Assembly (NCBI RefSeq): GCF_000186345.1
Contig: NC_014962.1
Location: 2,568,450-2,632,449, forward strand
Direction: 5' to 3'
Source: Isosphaera pallida ATCC 43644
GTDB taxonomy: Bacteria > Planctomycetota > Planctomycetia > Isosphaerales > Isosphaeraceae
DNA: 64,000 nucleotides
Made by a program: the position numbers and the translations under genes. The notes under the pieces were generated by a model. The model saw nothing but the letters and a program-made list of their open reading frames with translations. It had not been told where the DNA came from and ran no database searches. How positions within the stretch are numbered: the first letter of the stretch is position 1; each line of letters begins with the position of its first letter. Shown here in pieces: positions 38,743-50,800 of the stretch.

Positions 38743-41700
38743 CTAGCGAATCCGAGGGGGAACGGCCAGGCGGGGGAAGATGGGGAAACGTGGCACGGCC
38801 GGACCGACGTAGCGGGGTGGTGGGATCGGCCGGGAGGGGCGGGCGGTGCGGCGGGTGAGTCCGGGGTAACGGGAACCGGACCGTGGGAGTTCACCGAAGT
38901 TGTTTTCCACGCCGTGTTGACCGATCCCCAGAGTGATGCCGGCGATCTCGTTGGGGCCGCGGACGAATCCGCCTTGGCTGCCCGGCGTGACCCGCCCGTT
39001 GAGGAACTGGCCAGGTTGGACCTGGGTGATCCGGTAGGAACCCGCGGGCAGATTCTCAAACCGGTACAAGCCGTTTTGCAACGTCAGGGTCGATCGCTCG
39101 ACGCGGTTACCCACCGAGTCGGTGCCTTCCAGAATCAGACGAACCCCGGGAAGACCCAACTCGCGGGGCTGACGCACGCCGTCGCGGTTGTGATCGACGT
39201 ACACAAAGCCCGAGAGCGAACCCATTGGACGGCTCAAGGCGAAGTCGTAACCTGCGCCGGCGGCTCCACCCGCCAAGGGAATGCCGATGATCGAGACGCC
39301 CGGATCAGCGGGGTCGAGGCGTCCGCCCGAGTCGCCCACGACTGCTGTGGTGGCGATGAAACCTTCGGGGATCGTGGCGGTCACGCGATAGACACCCTGA
39401 CGCAGATTCTCGAACCGATAGAACCCGTCAGAATCGGTCACGGTGCTCAACAAGACCGGCTGATTGTCCTGGTCGATTCCGGAGAGGGTCACCAAAACGC
39501 CGGCGACTCCCGGTTCGCCTAGGTCGCGTACGCCGTTGCCGTTGAGGTCTTGGAAGACCCGTCCGGTCAGCGAGGCGTTGTCCAACGCAAGGTTGCCGAA
39601 GGTGTAACCACTGAGGTTGGCTCCCGGTCCCACTCCGATCTCGGCGATGGTATTGGAGTCGATCACCACACCACCAGCGTTGCCCACCGCGGCCCGACCC
39701 GGCAGAACATCGGGCCGTTGGGTCTCGACCACGGTGTAGTTGCCGGCCGGCAGATCGGTGAACCGGAAATTGCCGTTGACGTCAGTGGTCGTGGTCCGCG
39801 TTACCGGGTTGCCCGCCGCGTCAGTGCCAGTCAAGTTGATCGCCACATTGGCCAACCCGCGCTCGTTGGGGTCCCGAACGCCGTTGGCGTCGAGGTCCAG
39901 GAACGACGAGCCGGACAAGGTGGCTCCCAGCTTGCCGAAATTGCGTCCTTCGAGGTTGTCGGTGGAAACCACCACACTGGTCAACACGTCGGCGGTTGAA
40001 CTGGCGAAGCCCAAGGGTTGCACCGACACCAACGAATACGTTCCCGGCGCGACGTTGGGGAAGACATAGTGACCGTCCTGATCGGTGGTGGCTGTGGCGA
40101 CCAGCCGGTTGTCGCTGTCGCGGAGTTGGATCACCGCCCCAGCGATTCCCCGCTCGCCGTCGTCGAGGGCGCTGTTGTTGTTGGAGTCCAGGAAGACCCG
40201 GCCCCGAATCGCCGAGGCGCGTTGGCCAAATAAATAACCCTCGCCGGTCGCGCCCGGACCCAGCACGATCGAGGAGATTTGGCTGTCGCCGGTCAATTGA
40301 CCGCTGAGCACGCCTTCGACGGTGCCTACGGTGTTGATCCCAGGCGCGAACAACGCGAACCCCGCCTCCCGACGCAACGAATACGTGCCGGCAATCAAGT
40401 CACGGAAGGTGAAGCGACCCTCGGCGTCGGTGGTGGTTGTGGTATTGACCGCGTTGCCGTTGACATCGGTGCCGGTGAGCCGAATCGTCACACCAGAAAC
40501 CCCGGTCTCGTTCGGGCCGCGTTGACCGTCGCCGTTGAGGTCGTTGTAAACCGATCCCAAAAGCCGCGCGGCTTGGACCGCGAACGAGAGCAGTTGAGGA
40601 TCAGTCGGGCCTGTAATGGTGATGGTCCGGGTAGTGGGAGTGATGATCCGATAGCCCGGCAGCGGTACCTTCTCGATGGTGTAGGTGCCAGCCGACAGGT
40701 TGAAGAAGACGAACTGGCCGCTCGGGTCGGTGATGGCGGTCGAAACCACGCCGGTGGCCTGATTGGTCGCGCGGACGGTGACCCCGCTCAAGCCGCGTTC
40801 GCCCTGGTCGAACACCCCCGGCGTGCCGCCCGGTTCGTCCAGAAAGACCACGCCCGCCAGTCCCCGAGGCAGTTCGGTGAAGTCGTAGCCCAACCCCTGA
40901 GCGCCTGGAGCGACCGCGATGTTGCGCACATCGTCAGTAAGCGTCTGACCACCTAAACTACCCAACACAGTTTGACCGTTGTTGAAGGTTGACGGTTGGG
41001 TTTGCGTGATGCGATAGGTGCCGGCGGTCAATCCTTGGAAGCGATAAACGCCGTTGGCGTCGGTGGTGATGGTCTCCACCAGGGTTCCCACGCCCGAACC
41101 GCGACGCAGGGTAATTGTCACGCCTGGGATGCCCGGTTCATCCGAATCGCGGACCCCGTTGGAATTGGCGTCGAGGAAGACCACTCCAGCGAGTTCACCG
41201 GCGAATTCGGGGAAATTGACGTCGATGAGACCCTCGGGCGCAACGGTGATCGCAATCGTGTTGTCCAGACCGGGCGAGCCGCTCAGGAAGTCGGGGTTCT
41301 GGACTTTTTGCAGTAGGTAGTTCCCTGCGGCCACATTGCGGAACTCGTACTCACCCCGCGCATTGGTCGTGGTTGTGGCCACTACGGAGTTGTCCGACGG
41401 GTTGAGCAGACGCAGCGTCACGCCCGCCAGACCGTTTTCATTGGGGTCGCGGACCCGGTCGCGGTTCAGGTCGATGAAGACCACGCCGCGCACGCTGGTT
41501 CCCAGGCGTCCGAAATTGTAGTTGGTCGACGCGATCCCCGCGCCCAGCGAGATTTGTTCAATCCGGTTGGGTCCAACCACCACGCCTCCCGCACTGCCCA
41601 CGTTGGTCAATCCCGCGGCGAGTCCGGCGGTGGGGTCGGCGGTGATTTGGTAGCGTCCAGCCAGAAGATTGTCGAACTCAAACCGTCCGGTTTGATCAGT

Positions 41701-43305
41701 GGTGGTGGTTAAATCGACCGGATTGCCCGCCGCGTCGGTGCCGGTGAGCCGAATCGTCACCCCGGCGACGCCCCCTTCACCCGCTTCGATGAGACGGTTG
41801 GCGTTGGCGTCCACGAACACCGTGCCCGACAACGACCCGGTCGAGAGGCCGAAGTTGATGTTGGGACGACCCTGGCCGCGATCGGGATCGTTCGTGCCGT
41901 CGGCGCGGGTCGCTGGAGGATTGGTGATGGTCTGACGCGCGGAGGAGGTTGAACCGAATCCAGGCGGCAACACCCGCTCGATCACATAGGAACCAGGCCG
42001 CTGATTGGCGAAGGCATAGCGTCCTTGAGCGTCGGTCACGGTCCGGGCGATCTCCACGTCGGACGTGTTGCGTAGGATGATCGTCACGCCCGGCACGCCG
42101 CGATCCTCGGGATTGATCTGGCCGTTGCGGTTGACGTCTCGGAAGACGACGCCCGCAAGCGGCGTCCCTCGCTCGACGAAGCGGTAATCGGCCGCCTGGA
42201 AGCCTCCGGCCAACGTGATGTTCGACACGACCCCAAGGCCGCCCGTCCCTCCTGAGGTGCCGGGAATCGCCGTGGCGGCGTCGTAGCCTGCGGGCGCGAC
42301 GCGGGTTAAGGTGTAATCGCCCGCGAGCAGGTCCTCGAACCGGAACGAGCCGTCAGTGCCGGTCAAGGTGGAACGCTCGACAGCCGCGCCGTTGAAGTCG
42401 GTGCCAGTCAGCGTGACCAGAACCCCGCTTAATCCGGGTTCGCCCGCGTTGAAGAGGCCGTCATTGTTCGTATCGACAAAAACCAATCCAACCAGCCGTC
42501 CGACTGTCACGCCGAAGTCGCGGTTGGCAAGTCCGGCATTGGTGACGGTCACGGTCTGAGTCGCAGGCGTGCCGACTCCGTAGCCGGGGACTGGATCGCG
42601 TTCCAGGACATAGGTACCCACTGGAACGGCGACGAACTCGAAGCGGCCCTCGGCGTTGGTGGTTTGAGTCTGGATCACGCTGCCCGAGCCGTCGATGAGC
42701 CGAACCGCGACTCCCGCCACGCCGGTCTCATTGGGGCCGCGGCTGCCGTTGCGGTCCAGATCAACGAAGACCGAGCCAGAAACCCGAATCGACCGTTCGC
42801 CGAAATTGAACCCAAAGCCGTTGACATTCGCGCCCAACGGAATGTTGACGATCGAATCGGCTCCCGAGAGAACTCCCGCAGGTGCGCCGGTGGAGTTGGT
42901 GGCGTTGACGTAGCCTGCAGGCTGAATCTGGGTCAGCTCATAAGTGCCCGGTTGGAGGTCGGGAAAAGCGTAACGTCCGTCGGTGCCGGTAACGGTTTCG
43001 AGGTTAACCGGTTGGCCGTTGGCGTCGATCCCGGTGAGACGGATCGCCACGTTGGCGATTGGTGAATCGCCCTCATCGAACCGTCCATTGGCGTTGAGGT
43101 CGTCATAGACCACGCCCGAGAGCGAACTGGTCAACAAAGCGCGGACTTCAAGCCCGCGGGTGGCGATTTCAGCGGCGGGTTGGAGGCTCCAGGAGGATCG
43201 TCCCCCACGCCTACGCGACCGCGGCCCAACGGCGGTTCCCAACCCGATCCCCTTCCCCATTTCCGCGAGCCATCGCGGACGAAGCAACCGAAGGCGCGGA
43301 TCCAT
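38743..43305 (-). CDS. Very large secreted protein, about 1520 aa, with about 18 tandem SdrD B-like (Cna-B/carboxypeptidase-regulatory-like) domains
   Basis: Repeated units VFVDLDRNGSRGPNETGVAGVAVRLIDGSG...TTNAEGRFEF...GTYVLE. ATG at 43305 with a purine-rich RBS. The N-terminus MDPRLRLLRPRW...RGLEVRALLTSS has an R-rich lead plus an LExRxLLT motif. Confidence 0.8.
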   Translation of the reverse strand: MDPRLRLLRPRWLAEMGKGIGLGTAVGPRSRRRGGRSSWSLQPAAEIATRGLEVRALLTSSLSGVVYDDLNANGRFDEGDSPIANVAIRLTGIDANGQPVNLETVTGTDGRYAFPDLQPGTYELTQIQPAGYVNATNSTGAPAGVLSGADSIVNIPLGANVNGFGFNFGERSIRVSGSVFVDLDRNGSRGPNETGVAGVAVRLIDGSGSVIQTQTTNAEGRFEFVAVPVGTYVLERDPVPGYGVGTPATQTVTVTNAGLANRDFGVTVGRLVGLVFVDTNNDGLFNAGEPGLSGVLVTLTGTDFNGAAVERSTLTGTDGSFRFEDLLAGDYTLTRVAPAGYDAATAIPGTSGGTGGLGVVSNITLAGGFQAADYRFVERGTPLAGVVFRDVNRNGQINPEDRGVPGVTIILRNTSDVEIARTVTDAQGRYAFANQRPGSYVIERVLPPGFGSTSSARQTITNPPATRADGTNDPDRGQGRPNINFGLSTGSLSGTVFVDANANRLIEAGEGGVAGVTIRLTGTDAAGNPVDLTTTTDQTGRFEFDNLLAGRYQITADPTAGLAAGLTNVGSAGGVVVGPNRIEQISLGAGIASTNYNFGRLGTSVRGVVFIDLNRDRVRDPNENGLAGVTLRLLNPSDNSVVATTTTNARGEYEFRNVAAGNYLLQKVQNPDFLSGSPGLDNTIAITVAPEGLIDVNFPEFAGELAGVVFLDANSNGVRDSDEPGIPGVTITLRRGSGVGTLVETITTDANGVYRFQGLTAGTYRITQTQPSTFNNGQTVLGSLGGQTLTDDVRNIAVAPGAQGLGYDFTELPRGLAGVVFLDEPGGTPGVFDQGERGLSGVTVRATNQATGVVSTAITDPSGQFVFFNLSAGTYTIEKVPLPGYRIITPTTRTITITGPTDPQLLSFAVQAARLLGSVYNDLNGDGQRGPNETGVSGVTIRLTGTDVNGNAVNTTTTTDAEGRFTFRDLIAGTYSLRREAGFALFAPGINTVGTVEGVLSGQLTGDSQISSIVLGPGATGEGYLFGQRASAIRGRVFLDSNNNSALDDGERGIAGAVIQLRDSDNRLVATATTDQDGHYVFPNVAPGTYSLVSVQPLGFASSTADVLTSVVVSTDNLEGRNFGKLGATLSGSSFLDLDANGVRDPNERGLANVAINLTGTDAAGNPVTRTTTTDVNGNFRFTDLPAGNYTVVETQRPDVLPGRAAVGNAGGVVIDSNTIAEIGVGPGANLSGYTFGNLALDNASLTGRVFQDLNGNGVRDLGEPGVAGVLVTLSGIDQDNQPVLLSTVTDSDGFYRFENLRQGVYRVTATIPEGFIATTAVVGDSGGRLDPADPGVSIIGIPLAGGAAGAGYDFALSRPMGSLSGFVYVDHNRDGVRQPRELGLPGVRLILEGTDSVGNRVERSTLTLQNGLYRFENLPAGSYRITQVQPGQFLNGRVTPGSQGGFVRGPNEIAGITLGIGQHGVENNFGELPRSGSRYPGLTRRTARPSRPIPPPRYVGPAVPRFPIFPRLAVPPRIR

Positions 43306-43823
43306 CGAACCTTCTCTCCCCACGGTGGAAACGATCACCTGGCCGGCTTCGGACTCCCCATCTCGACGCCGTTCCGGGAGCGAATCAATCGCGGTCAGCC
43401 ACCGAACCCGGCGGCGACACTTCCCGGCACGAACGCACCATGATTGAATGACTCGGAGCCGAACAAAAAGGTATGGAAGCGAACGCTTCCTCTGGTCAAG
43501 GCGGTCCCCGCCGTTCGCCACGTCGTCCCTGAAGCCTTCTCCCTCGCGTCCCAAACCAACCGAAAACACCCAACGCCGTTGAACCGAACCCGTCAATGAA
43601 TGAACTAATCCCCCACAGACATCCAACGATCGGCGTTCCAGGTCCAAGATGGAGCCACGTCGTCAGGTCGTTCGGTGCTTCCAACGAATCACGTTCGGCG
43701 CAAGATGCCGTGACACGATTCCGAATTGAGTTTACAACAGCAAAACCGGGTCTCACGGGTCGAGACGACCCGCTTGGTCGGCAAAATGAAGCGATCGCGC
43801 CGTTGGCGAGGGAGAACAAGGTC

Positions 43824-45377
43824 ATGTGCGGCAAACCAGAATGTCGCTCCCATCGGGTTGATTCATGGAGTCGAAAGGCTTGGCCGCTGGATGTTTGGCA
43901 CCCAACGATCGCGTTGCTGGCGCGGATTAGTCGGATCGCACCGGTGGCATGGGTGGTCCTTCTGGGGATGGGACTTCTTGCGGGAATGGGGAACGGTTGG
44001 GGACGTGCTCAGGAAACGGCCCTCGAATCCGCTTCGGAGACGACCAAGGCGGCCGCCGCCGAAGCGAATCGGGACGCGCCGACCTATGATTTGACGCTGA
44101 AGGCGGAACTTGGCTCGACTTATCGGGTCAAGCGCGAGTTGACGGCGGAGGGGACGATCCGAGCCGAGATGCCGCCCTCGTCCTCGAATGAGTTAGCGGC
44201 CAAGACCAACGACTCGTTGGCCTCCAAGCCGCTCAAGCTCCAGGTTCGCGCGCGGATGGAGTACGACGAGCGGATTGCGGCGGTTGAAAAAGGGAATGTG
44301 CCAGCCCGTGCGGCCCGTCGCGTTCGTCAAGCGGGTGCGGCGATCCGGGGGGAGGTGCGTCCCTCCAACATCATGTTGCGGCCCCAAGTCGCCACGCTCG
44401 TTGCGGAGCGACGCGATCGGTCCGTGTTCCTTTACAGTCCCGGCGGTCCTCTGACCCGCGCGGAACTCGACCTGGCGCGGGGACCGGGCGACCCTCTGGG
44501 TTGGATTGACTTGTTGCCCAATCGTCCGGTGGCCGTGGGCGAAACGTGGACCCTGGGCGAAACCAGCGTCCGCGAACTGACCGACTACGATGCGTTGGCC
44601 TCGCACACCCTAGAGGGCACCCTGGTCGCCGTCCGCGACGGCGACGCGGAGATCCGCTTTCGCGGCCTGGTCAACGGAGTGGCCCGCGGCGGCGAAGGTA
44701 AAGTCGCCTGCTCTGCCGCGCTGCTGTTTAACCTCAAGACCGGCACGATTCGCAAGCTCGTCCTCAACCGCAATGAAAACCGCGCCGCCGGCCCAGTGGA
44801 AACAGCGCTGACCCTCAAAAGCACGCTCACGATCGAGATGACTCCGATCAGCGAGCCCCCCGCCGAACTCAACGACGCCATGCTCGCCGACTTGCCCTCC
44901 CGTCCGCCGACCGAGTGGGAGGAACTGTTTTACGAGTCGCCTGGCGGCAAGTTCACGCTGACCCACGACCGCGACTGGCACCTGTTTTGGGACGACGCCA
45001 AGCTGACCGTCCTCAAGCGTCTTCAGCTGGGGGAACTCGTCGCTCAGGTCAACCTCTCCACCGGACCCAACGCCGGACCTGGGCGTCACCAGGATGTCGT
45101 TCAGTTTGAAAACGACGTCAAAACTGTCCTGGGCAATCGATTCCGCGAATGGATCGGCAAAGGGGAAGTCAAATCACCCCACAACACCTTCTTGTACAAG
45201 GTGTCCGCCCGGGGAGTGGAAAACGAGATCGGCGTCATCTGGACCTACTTCCTAGCTGCCGGTCCCCAAGGCGATCAACTTCTGGGCACCTTCATTTTGG
45301 GCCAGGGGCAACTCGACACCTTCAGCGACCAGGACGACCGCCTCATGAAAAACCTTCGCTTCATTCCCTCCCGCTGA
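43824..45377 (+). CDS. Hypothetical membrane-anchored/secreted protein
   Basis: ATG at 43824 with GGGAGAACAAGG upstream. Hydrophobic segment IAPVAWVVLLGMGLLAGMG. No recognisable domain. Confidence 0.5.
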   Translation: MCGKPECRSHRVDSWSRKAWPLDVWHPTIALLARISRIAPVAWVVLLGMGLLAGMGNGWGRAQETALESASETTKAAAAEANRDAPTYDLTLKAELGSTYRVKRELTAEGTIRAEMPPSSSNELAAKTNDSLASKPLKLQVRARMEYDERIAAVEKGNVPARAARRVRQAGAAIRGEVRPSNIMLRPQVATLVAERRDRSVFLYSPGGPLTRAELDLARGPGDPLGWIDLLPNRPVAVGETWTLGETSVRELTDYDALASHTLEGTLVAVRDGDAEIRFRGLVNGVARGGEGKVACSAALLFNLKTGTIRKLVLNRNENRAAGPVETALTLKSTLTIEMTPISEPPAELNDAMLADLPSRPPTEWEELFYESPGGKFTLTHDRDWHLFWDDAKLTVLKRLQLGELVAQVNLSTGPNAGPGRHQDVVQFENDVKTVLGNRFREWIGKGEVKSPHNTFLYKVSARGVENEIGVIWTYFLAAGPQGDQLLGTFILGQGQLDTFSDQDDRLMKNLRFIPSR

Positions 45378-45560
45378 CCCGCCGAACGAGCCCATCCCGT
45401 TCACCCGGTTCCCACACCCCGTCGCGGCTCGGTCCGGTCCGCGGCGACCTCTCGACCATTTCGACCCAATTGTGTCGAAATCTTGAGCGTGCTAGGATGG
45501 TCGCGTGAAGATTGAGGGGAGCCATCACGGCAAGCGACCACGGGCGAGGATTCAGAACAG

Positions 45561-46394
45561 ATGACGGAGACACCATCCACCACCTCCGCGGCGCGGGTCT
45601 CGGAGGACTCGCGGAGGAGGGCTGGGGTCCGCAAAGCGTTGGCGTGGGGCGTGCACTTCTACACCGCTCTTGGTTTGGTCGCAGCGGCGGGCATCGTGGT
45701 CTGTCTGGTGGAAGCCACCCCCGCCGCATTTCGCGCGGCGTTCGCCCTTATGGCGCTGGCGACCTTGATCGACGCCACCGACGGCACCCTGGCCCGCCGG
45801 GTCAAGGTCAAGGAGGTCACTCCCGAGTTCGACGGCCGGCGTCTGGACGATCTGATCGACTTCCTCACCTACACTTGTCTGCCGCTGTTCCTGGTCTGGA
45901 GGGCCGGTCTGCTCCCCGCGGGTTGGAACGCTTGGCTGCTCGTTCCATTGCTGGCCAGCGCCTACGGGTTTTGCCAGGTCTCGGTCAAAACTGACGACGG
46001 CTATTTCTTGGGGTTCCCCTCCTATTGGAACCTCGTCGCGTTTTACCTCTACATGCTGGAACCGCCCCCTCTGGTTACTCTGGCCATCTTGCTGATCCCC
46101 TCGATCCTCACCTTCGTGCCCACCCGCTACCTATACCCCTCGCAACCCGGTTTGCTCAATCGCCTCACCGTGTTGCTAGGCGTGCCTTGGGCAATCCTGT
46201 TGGGAGTGATCGTCTGGGGAATGAGTCCCACTGACCATGTGGACGCTGCCACCCTCACCACCTTGACCTGGATTTCCCTGTTCTATCCCGCCTACTATCT
46301 TCTTGCTTCGTTCATGGTGACCGCGCGGGTCCACCTGCGTCAACGCTCCCGACGCGACGACTACAACTCCTCCCCGCCACCTCTGGCCGCGTAA
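45561..46394 (+). CDS. CDP-alcohol phosphatidyltransferase family protein (phosphatidylcholine-synthase-like)
   Basis: DATDGTLARRVKVKEVTPEFDGRRLDDLIDFLTYT is a D-x2-DG-x2-AR...G...D-x3-D motif with Pcs-like spacing. Multi-TM protein. Confidence 0.7.
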   Translation: MTETPSTTSAARVSEDSRRRAGVRKALAWGVHFYTALGLVAAAGIVVCLVEATPAAFRAAFALMALATLIDATDGTLARRVKVKEVTPEFDGRRLDDLIDFLTYTCLPLFLVWRAGLLPAGWNAWLLVPLLASAYGFCQVSVKTDDGYFLGFPSYWNLVAFYLYMLEPPPLVTLAILLIPSILTFVPTRYLYPSQPGLLNRLTVLLGVPWAILLGVIVWGMSPTDHVDAATLTTLTWISLFYPAYYLLASFMVTARVHLRQRSRRDDYNSSPPPLAA

Positions 46395-46443
46395 CCAAAT
46401 CCCAATTCAACCCCAACCTCAACCTAACCACCTCCCCCAACCT

Positions 46444-47814
46444 ATGAGCCCTGCCCGCGCTGCTTTCGAGATGGGACTGCTTGCGCGCTTGGGGCTGGCG
46501 GTCGCGTTCCACGCTTGGATGCTGAACCGGGGCGTTCGTTGCCTGTTCGGCGACGCCAACCTGTATTGGTATCTTGCCTCGTCGCTGCGTTGGGGCGGGG
46601 CGTTCGAGGTGGAGCAATGGGGCATTGTTCATCACGCCCTCCGAACCCCGGGTTATCCTGGATTCCTCGCGGGATGCCAACTCCTGTTCGGCCCTTCTCC
46701 CTTGGCGGCGCGTTTGGTCCAAGCGTTGATCGCGGCTGCCTGCGTGCCGCTCACCATCTTGCTGGCTCGTCTGGTTCTGGGACCTCGCCTGGCCGACCAG
46801 CCGTTACTCTCGGGCGAAGGTCGCCAACGCCGTTGGGCTGGGGTGACTCCGGCCATCCTAGCGGGGGGATTCGTCGCGCTAGATCCACTCACGGCCGCCT
46901 CGGCGGTCGTTTTGCTTTCTGAGTCCATCTTCCCCACGGTCATGCTGCTCTTTCTAGTGGCGATGGCCCATCTACGTTCGCCCAATCCCCTTGCCTCTCC
47001 TAATCCAACTTCAACGCGGCTCCCGATTCGGCTTTGGACTGCCTTGGGCGCGGGAATCGCCGCGGGCGTGGGGGTTCTCATCAAACCGTCGTGGCTTCTC
47101 TTTCCCCCTCTGCTGGCTCTGGCCTGGCCGTTCTTGACCGGCGGAGGAATGGTCAATCGCCGCCGAGCCGCCCTCCAAAGCTTCATTATGCTCGCCGCCG
47201 CTGCTTTGACCTTGGCACCCTGGTGGATTCGCAATCATCAGACGCTCGGACGGTTCGTGCCCACCGCGACCTGGGCCGGCGCGAGCCTCTACGACGGCGT
47301 CGGTCCCCAGGCCAATGGAGCCTCCAACCTTGACTTCCTCAACGATCCGGCGTGGTGGCCACTCGACGAGCTTCGCCAGGATCGGGCTCTTCTCGACCAA
47401 TCCTGGAGGCAAATTGGGGAGGAACCCGGACGGGTGGCCTATCTGGCGCTCATCAAGGCAACGCGGTTCTGGAGTCCTGCTCCTCAAGCCGACGAACTGG
47501 GTTCCCCCCTAGCCCGCTTGTTATGCGCCACAACCACTCTGCCGATCCTTCTTCTCGTGGGTGTCGGCGTCGTGGTGTTGCTTTGCCGGGGCAAGTTGGC
47601 CGAATTGGTGTTGCTGGCCGGTCCATTGGGTTATTTCGCCACGCTTCATCTTCTCTTTGTCGGCTCGATGCGGTATCGAATCCCCGCGATGGTGCCCGCA
47701 TTCATTTTGGCGGCGGTGGCGGTCCACTGGCTCTGTGGAAGTGGACGCCGCACCGGATCGTCATTACCGACCCACCCCAAACGCGAATTGATCCCGCCGC
47801 GTTGTCCCAATTGA
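46444..47814 (+). CDS. GT-C fold membrane glycosyltransferase (GT39-like)
   Basis: Multi-TM protein. RTPGYPGFLA loop motif like PMT/ArnT-type enzymes. Confidence 0.6.
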   Translation: MSPARAAFEMGLLARLGLAVAFHAWMLNRGVRCLFGDANLYWYLASSLRWGGAFEVEQWGIVHHALRTPGYPGFLAGCQLLFGPSPLAARLVQALIAAACVPLTILLARLVLGPRLADQPLLSGEGRQRRWAGVTPAILAGGFVALDPLTAASAVVLLSESIFPTVMLLFLVAMAHLRSPNPLASPNPTSTRLPIRLWTALGAGIAAGVGVLIKPSWLLFPPLLALAWPFLTGGGMVNRRRAALQSFIMLAAAALTLAPWWIRNHQTLGRFVPTATWAGASLYDGVGPQANGASNLDFLNDPAWWPLDELRQDRALLDQSWRQIGEEPGRVAYLALIKATRFWSPAPQADELGSPLARLLCATTTLPILLLVGVGVVVLLCRGKLAELVLLAGPLGYFATLHLLFVGSMRYRIPAMVPAFILAAVAVHWLCGSGRRTGSSLPTHPKRELIPPRCPN

Positions 47815-47888
47815 TCCCAGCGGCGTCGGTCTTGTTTGATTCCCGGTTGTACCGCATCGTCCTATCCGAGGAGGGAGCCTCGGCGCTC

Positions 47889-50800
47889 ATGACGTTCGGT
47901 TCTGTCCCCACGCCCACCTGGATGGGCGGCGCGTCGTCCCAGCCCACCCCACCGTCGTCCCCCTCCGCCGCCGTCAGTCCGTCGGTCCCATCCCGACCTG
48001 AGCGACGCCGACGACGCGCGCGCATCGTCCGGGGGGGACTCGCCCTGGTCATGCTGACCCTAATTGGCGGGGGCTGGGGACTGATCCGAAACTTGCTGGA
48101 CGACCAACGCCTGGCCCAACTTGTTGTGGCTCATGCCACGAAATATCTTCCAACTTCGGAACTCAAGGTGGAACGGGTTGATTTCGAACCGCTCTCGGAC
48201 AAGATTCGGCTCAATCGCATCGAGATCAATCAGGAGGCCCAACGCGGCCGCGTCGAAACTCTGCGCTTCCCCTGGATCGAAGTGCTGCATAATCCCAAGG
48301 CGCTGTTGGAGGGACACTTCCAGCCGATCAAGGTCTCGCTCGCACAACCCCGTTTGCGGCTGGCACGACAGCAAGACGGGCGTTGGAATGTGCAAACCCT
48401 TCTGGCCGACCCCTGGCCCGGCATGCCGATGAAGGTTTGGCCGGAGATCGAAATTCAGGGAGGGGTTGTCGAGTTGACCGACGCTTCCGGCGTGATCGGC
48501 CTGCTGGACAACGCCCAAGTGGTAATCAAGCGGGTCAGTCGCCAGTCCCCGGATCTGATGAGTTACCGAATCGCGGCGCGGGGACGGGTGGTGGACTCGA
48601 TCGAACTCCACGGCCAGTTCGACAAATCCAATGGCGCAGTGGTGATCAGCGGAATCATTCGAGGCTTAAAACTCAGTGAGTCGCTTCAAAATTGCCTACC
48701 GAGTGATTTGCGGATGGCGTTTCGACGCTCCCGTCTGGAGGGGGGACGACTCGACCTAGAGATTGTGCGTCTTGAACGTCCACCAATCTGGGGACCGACC
48801 AAGGCCCAACCACCTGGGAAACCCGGGGACAAAGCGTCGTTGAATCTCAATCCCATCCAGGGACCGTGGCGTTACGAGCTAACCGCGCGGTTGCGGGAAG
48901 CCTCGCTGCGGGAAGATCCCGCGCCGTTCCGCCTCACCGATGTCACCGCCGATCTGCAACTCAAAACCGGCTGGGGACGCCTTGACGCCAGCGGCTGGAG
49001 AGGTCCAACCAGGGTGCGGCTGACCGGCGAGTTCGGCATCGACCTGACCGCCCCCGAGCCGACCTTCGAAGACTTCAAGTTTGATCTGAATGTGATTGAT
49101 CTTTCGCTTGATGATTCACTGCGGCGTTGGATCACCCGTCTGGGATTCGGTCCGGTGTGGGATGAGTGGCTGGAGGCGTCTAAGGATGGCGTCAGCAAAG
49201 CGCCGCTGCGGTACGCCCAATTGATTGGTCGAGAGCAAGCGGCGAACGATCGTGGGGCAGCGGTCGAGGATGGTCTGGAGGAGTTTCAGCTGGGCGTGGC
49301 CGGCCAGGCGGCGGGGTCGCGGGGACGGGTCAATCTCACCGCCCACTTGAGCCGGCCCAACGCTCAGGAGCCAATGAAGTCGAAAGCTCAAGTCGTTTGC
49401 CTCGGGGTGAATGTGATTCCATTCGATTTTCCATATCCTTTTACCAACGTGGTGGGACGGCTGGATTGGGATTCCGAACCTAACGAGTTGAAGATTGATG
49501 TCAAAACCCTGGTGGGCGGACGGCCCGCCTCGGCGCGGGGGATTGTGCGCAACCCCGGCCCCGACGCCTTCGCCGAGATCGATCTGCACGCCGAATCGGC
49601 TCCGATGGACCAGACACTGCTCAACGCGCTTGCGCCCGACATTCGCCAAGCGGTGGAGGAATTCCATCCTACCGGGTCCGCCGAGGTCTGGTCGCGGATT
49701 GAGCGTCGCCCCGCCGACGCCCACCATCCTTTGCCCCGGCTCGACGTGACGACCGAACTGATGTTGACCGACCGTTGTGCTGTCAAGTGGGACGGGTTGC
49801 CCTATCCGGTTTCGAATTTGACGGGTCGTCTGGTGTTGACGCCGACGGTCTGGCGTTTTGAGGACATGCGGGGCACCAATGCGCAAACCGTCGTTGAGGG
49901 CAGCGGCGTGGTCCGCAAGCTTGGACCCGGTCTGCGCGACCTGGAGTCGGACATTCAACTGGTGGCGCGCAATTTGGCATTCGACCCACAATTGAGGGCT
50001 GCCCTCCCGCCGGAGTGGCAGCAGACTTGGGCGACCCTCAACCCGAGCGGCTCCTGCGACGTGGCCGCGCGAGTCCGCACTCGACCCGGCAAGGACCATT
50101 TCCAGTTCGTGGTTCGTCCCCGACCCGAGACCCGCATCGAGTTGGAACTGCCGCCGATCCCGGGGGCTCCCCAAGGCCACGATCAGCCAATCCGCTTCCC
50201 CGCGATGGAGAACATCCGCGGCACCTTCAGCTTCGACGACGGCGAGGTGGTCATGACCGGGGTTGGCTTCGAGTTTCGGGGCGCTCCCACTCGGGTTGAA
50301 CGCGGACGGGTCCGCCTCGAACCCAACGGCGCATTCGATCTGGAGGCGTTCGATCTGAGCATCGCCAACCTCCGATTGGACTCCGGGTTGAGGAAGCTAA
50401 TGCCGCCGCTTATGGCCAAGGCCGCCCGACGCTTCAAGGACGATCCCATCGCCTTGATGCGCGGTCATCTGAGAATCGGCTGGAACGGCCAGCCCGGCCA
50501 ACCGGCCACAGTCGCCTGGAACCAGGGTCTGGTGCTGCTTGACGGCAATGCCATCGAAACCGGTCTGCCGATTCAACATATCCAAGGTCAAATCGATCGC
50601 CTCAGCGGCGACTTCGATGGCCGGACCCTCCGCGCCCGCGGCGTGCTTGATCTGGACAGCGTCAACATCGGCGGCCTCCAAGTCACCGCCATCCGCGCGC
50701 CTTGGCAAGTCCAAGGTGGACAGGCCGAACTGCCTGACTTCTCGGCGCGTCTTCTGGGGGGTCGGTTGGGCGGTCGGGCCTCGACCACGTTGGAGGAAAA

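Noticed and set aside
47352-47888. N-terminal extension of the AsmA-like ORF (ORF-track start 47352)
   Set aside because: It would overlap the upstream GT39-like gene by 460 nt. An internal ATG at 47889 has a strong GAGGAGGGAG RBS and is followed by the expected N-terminal TM anchor.
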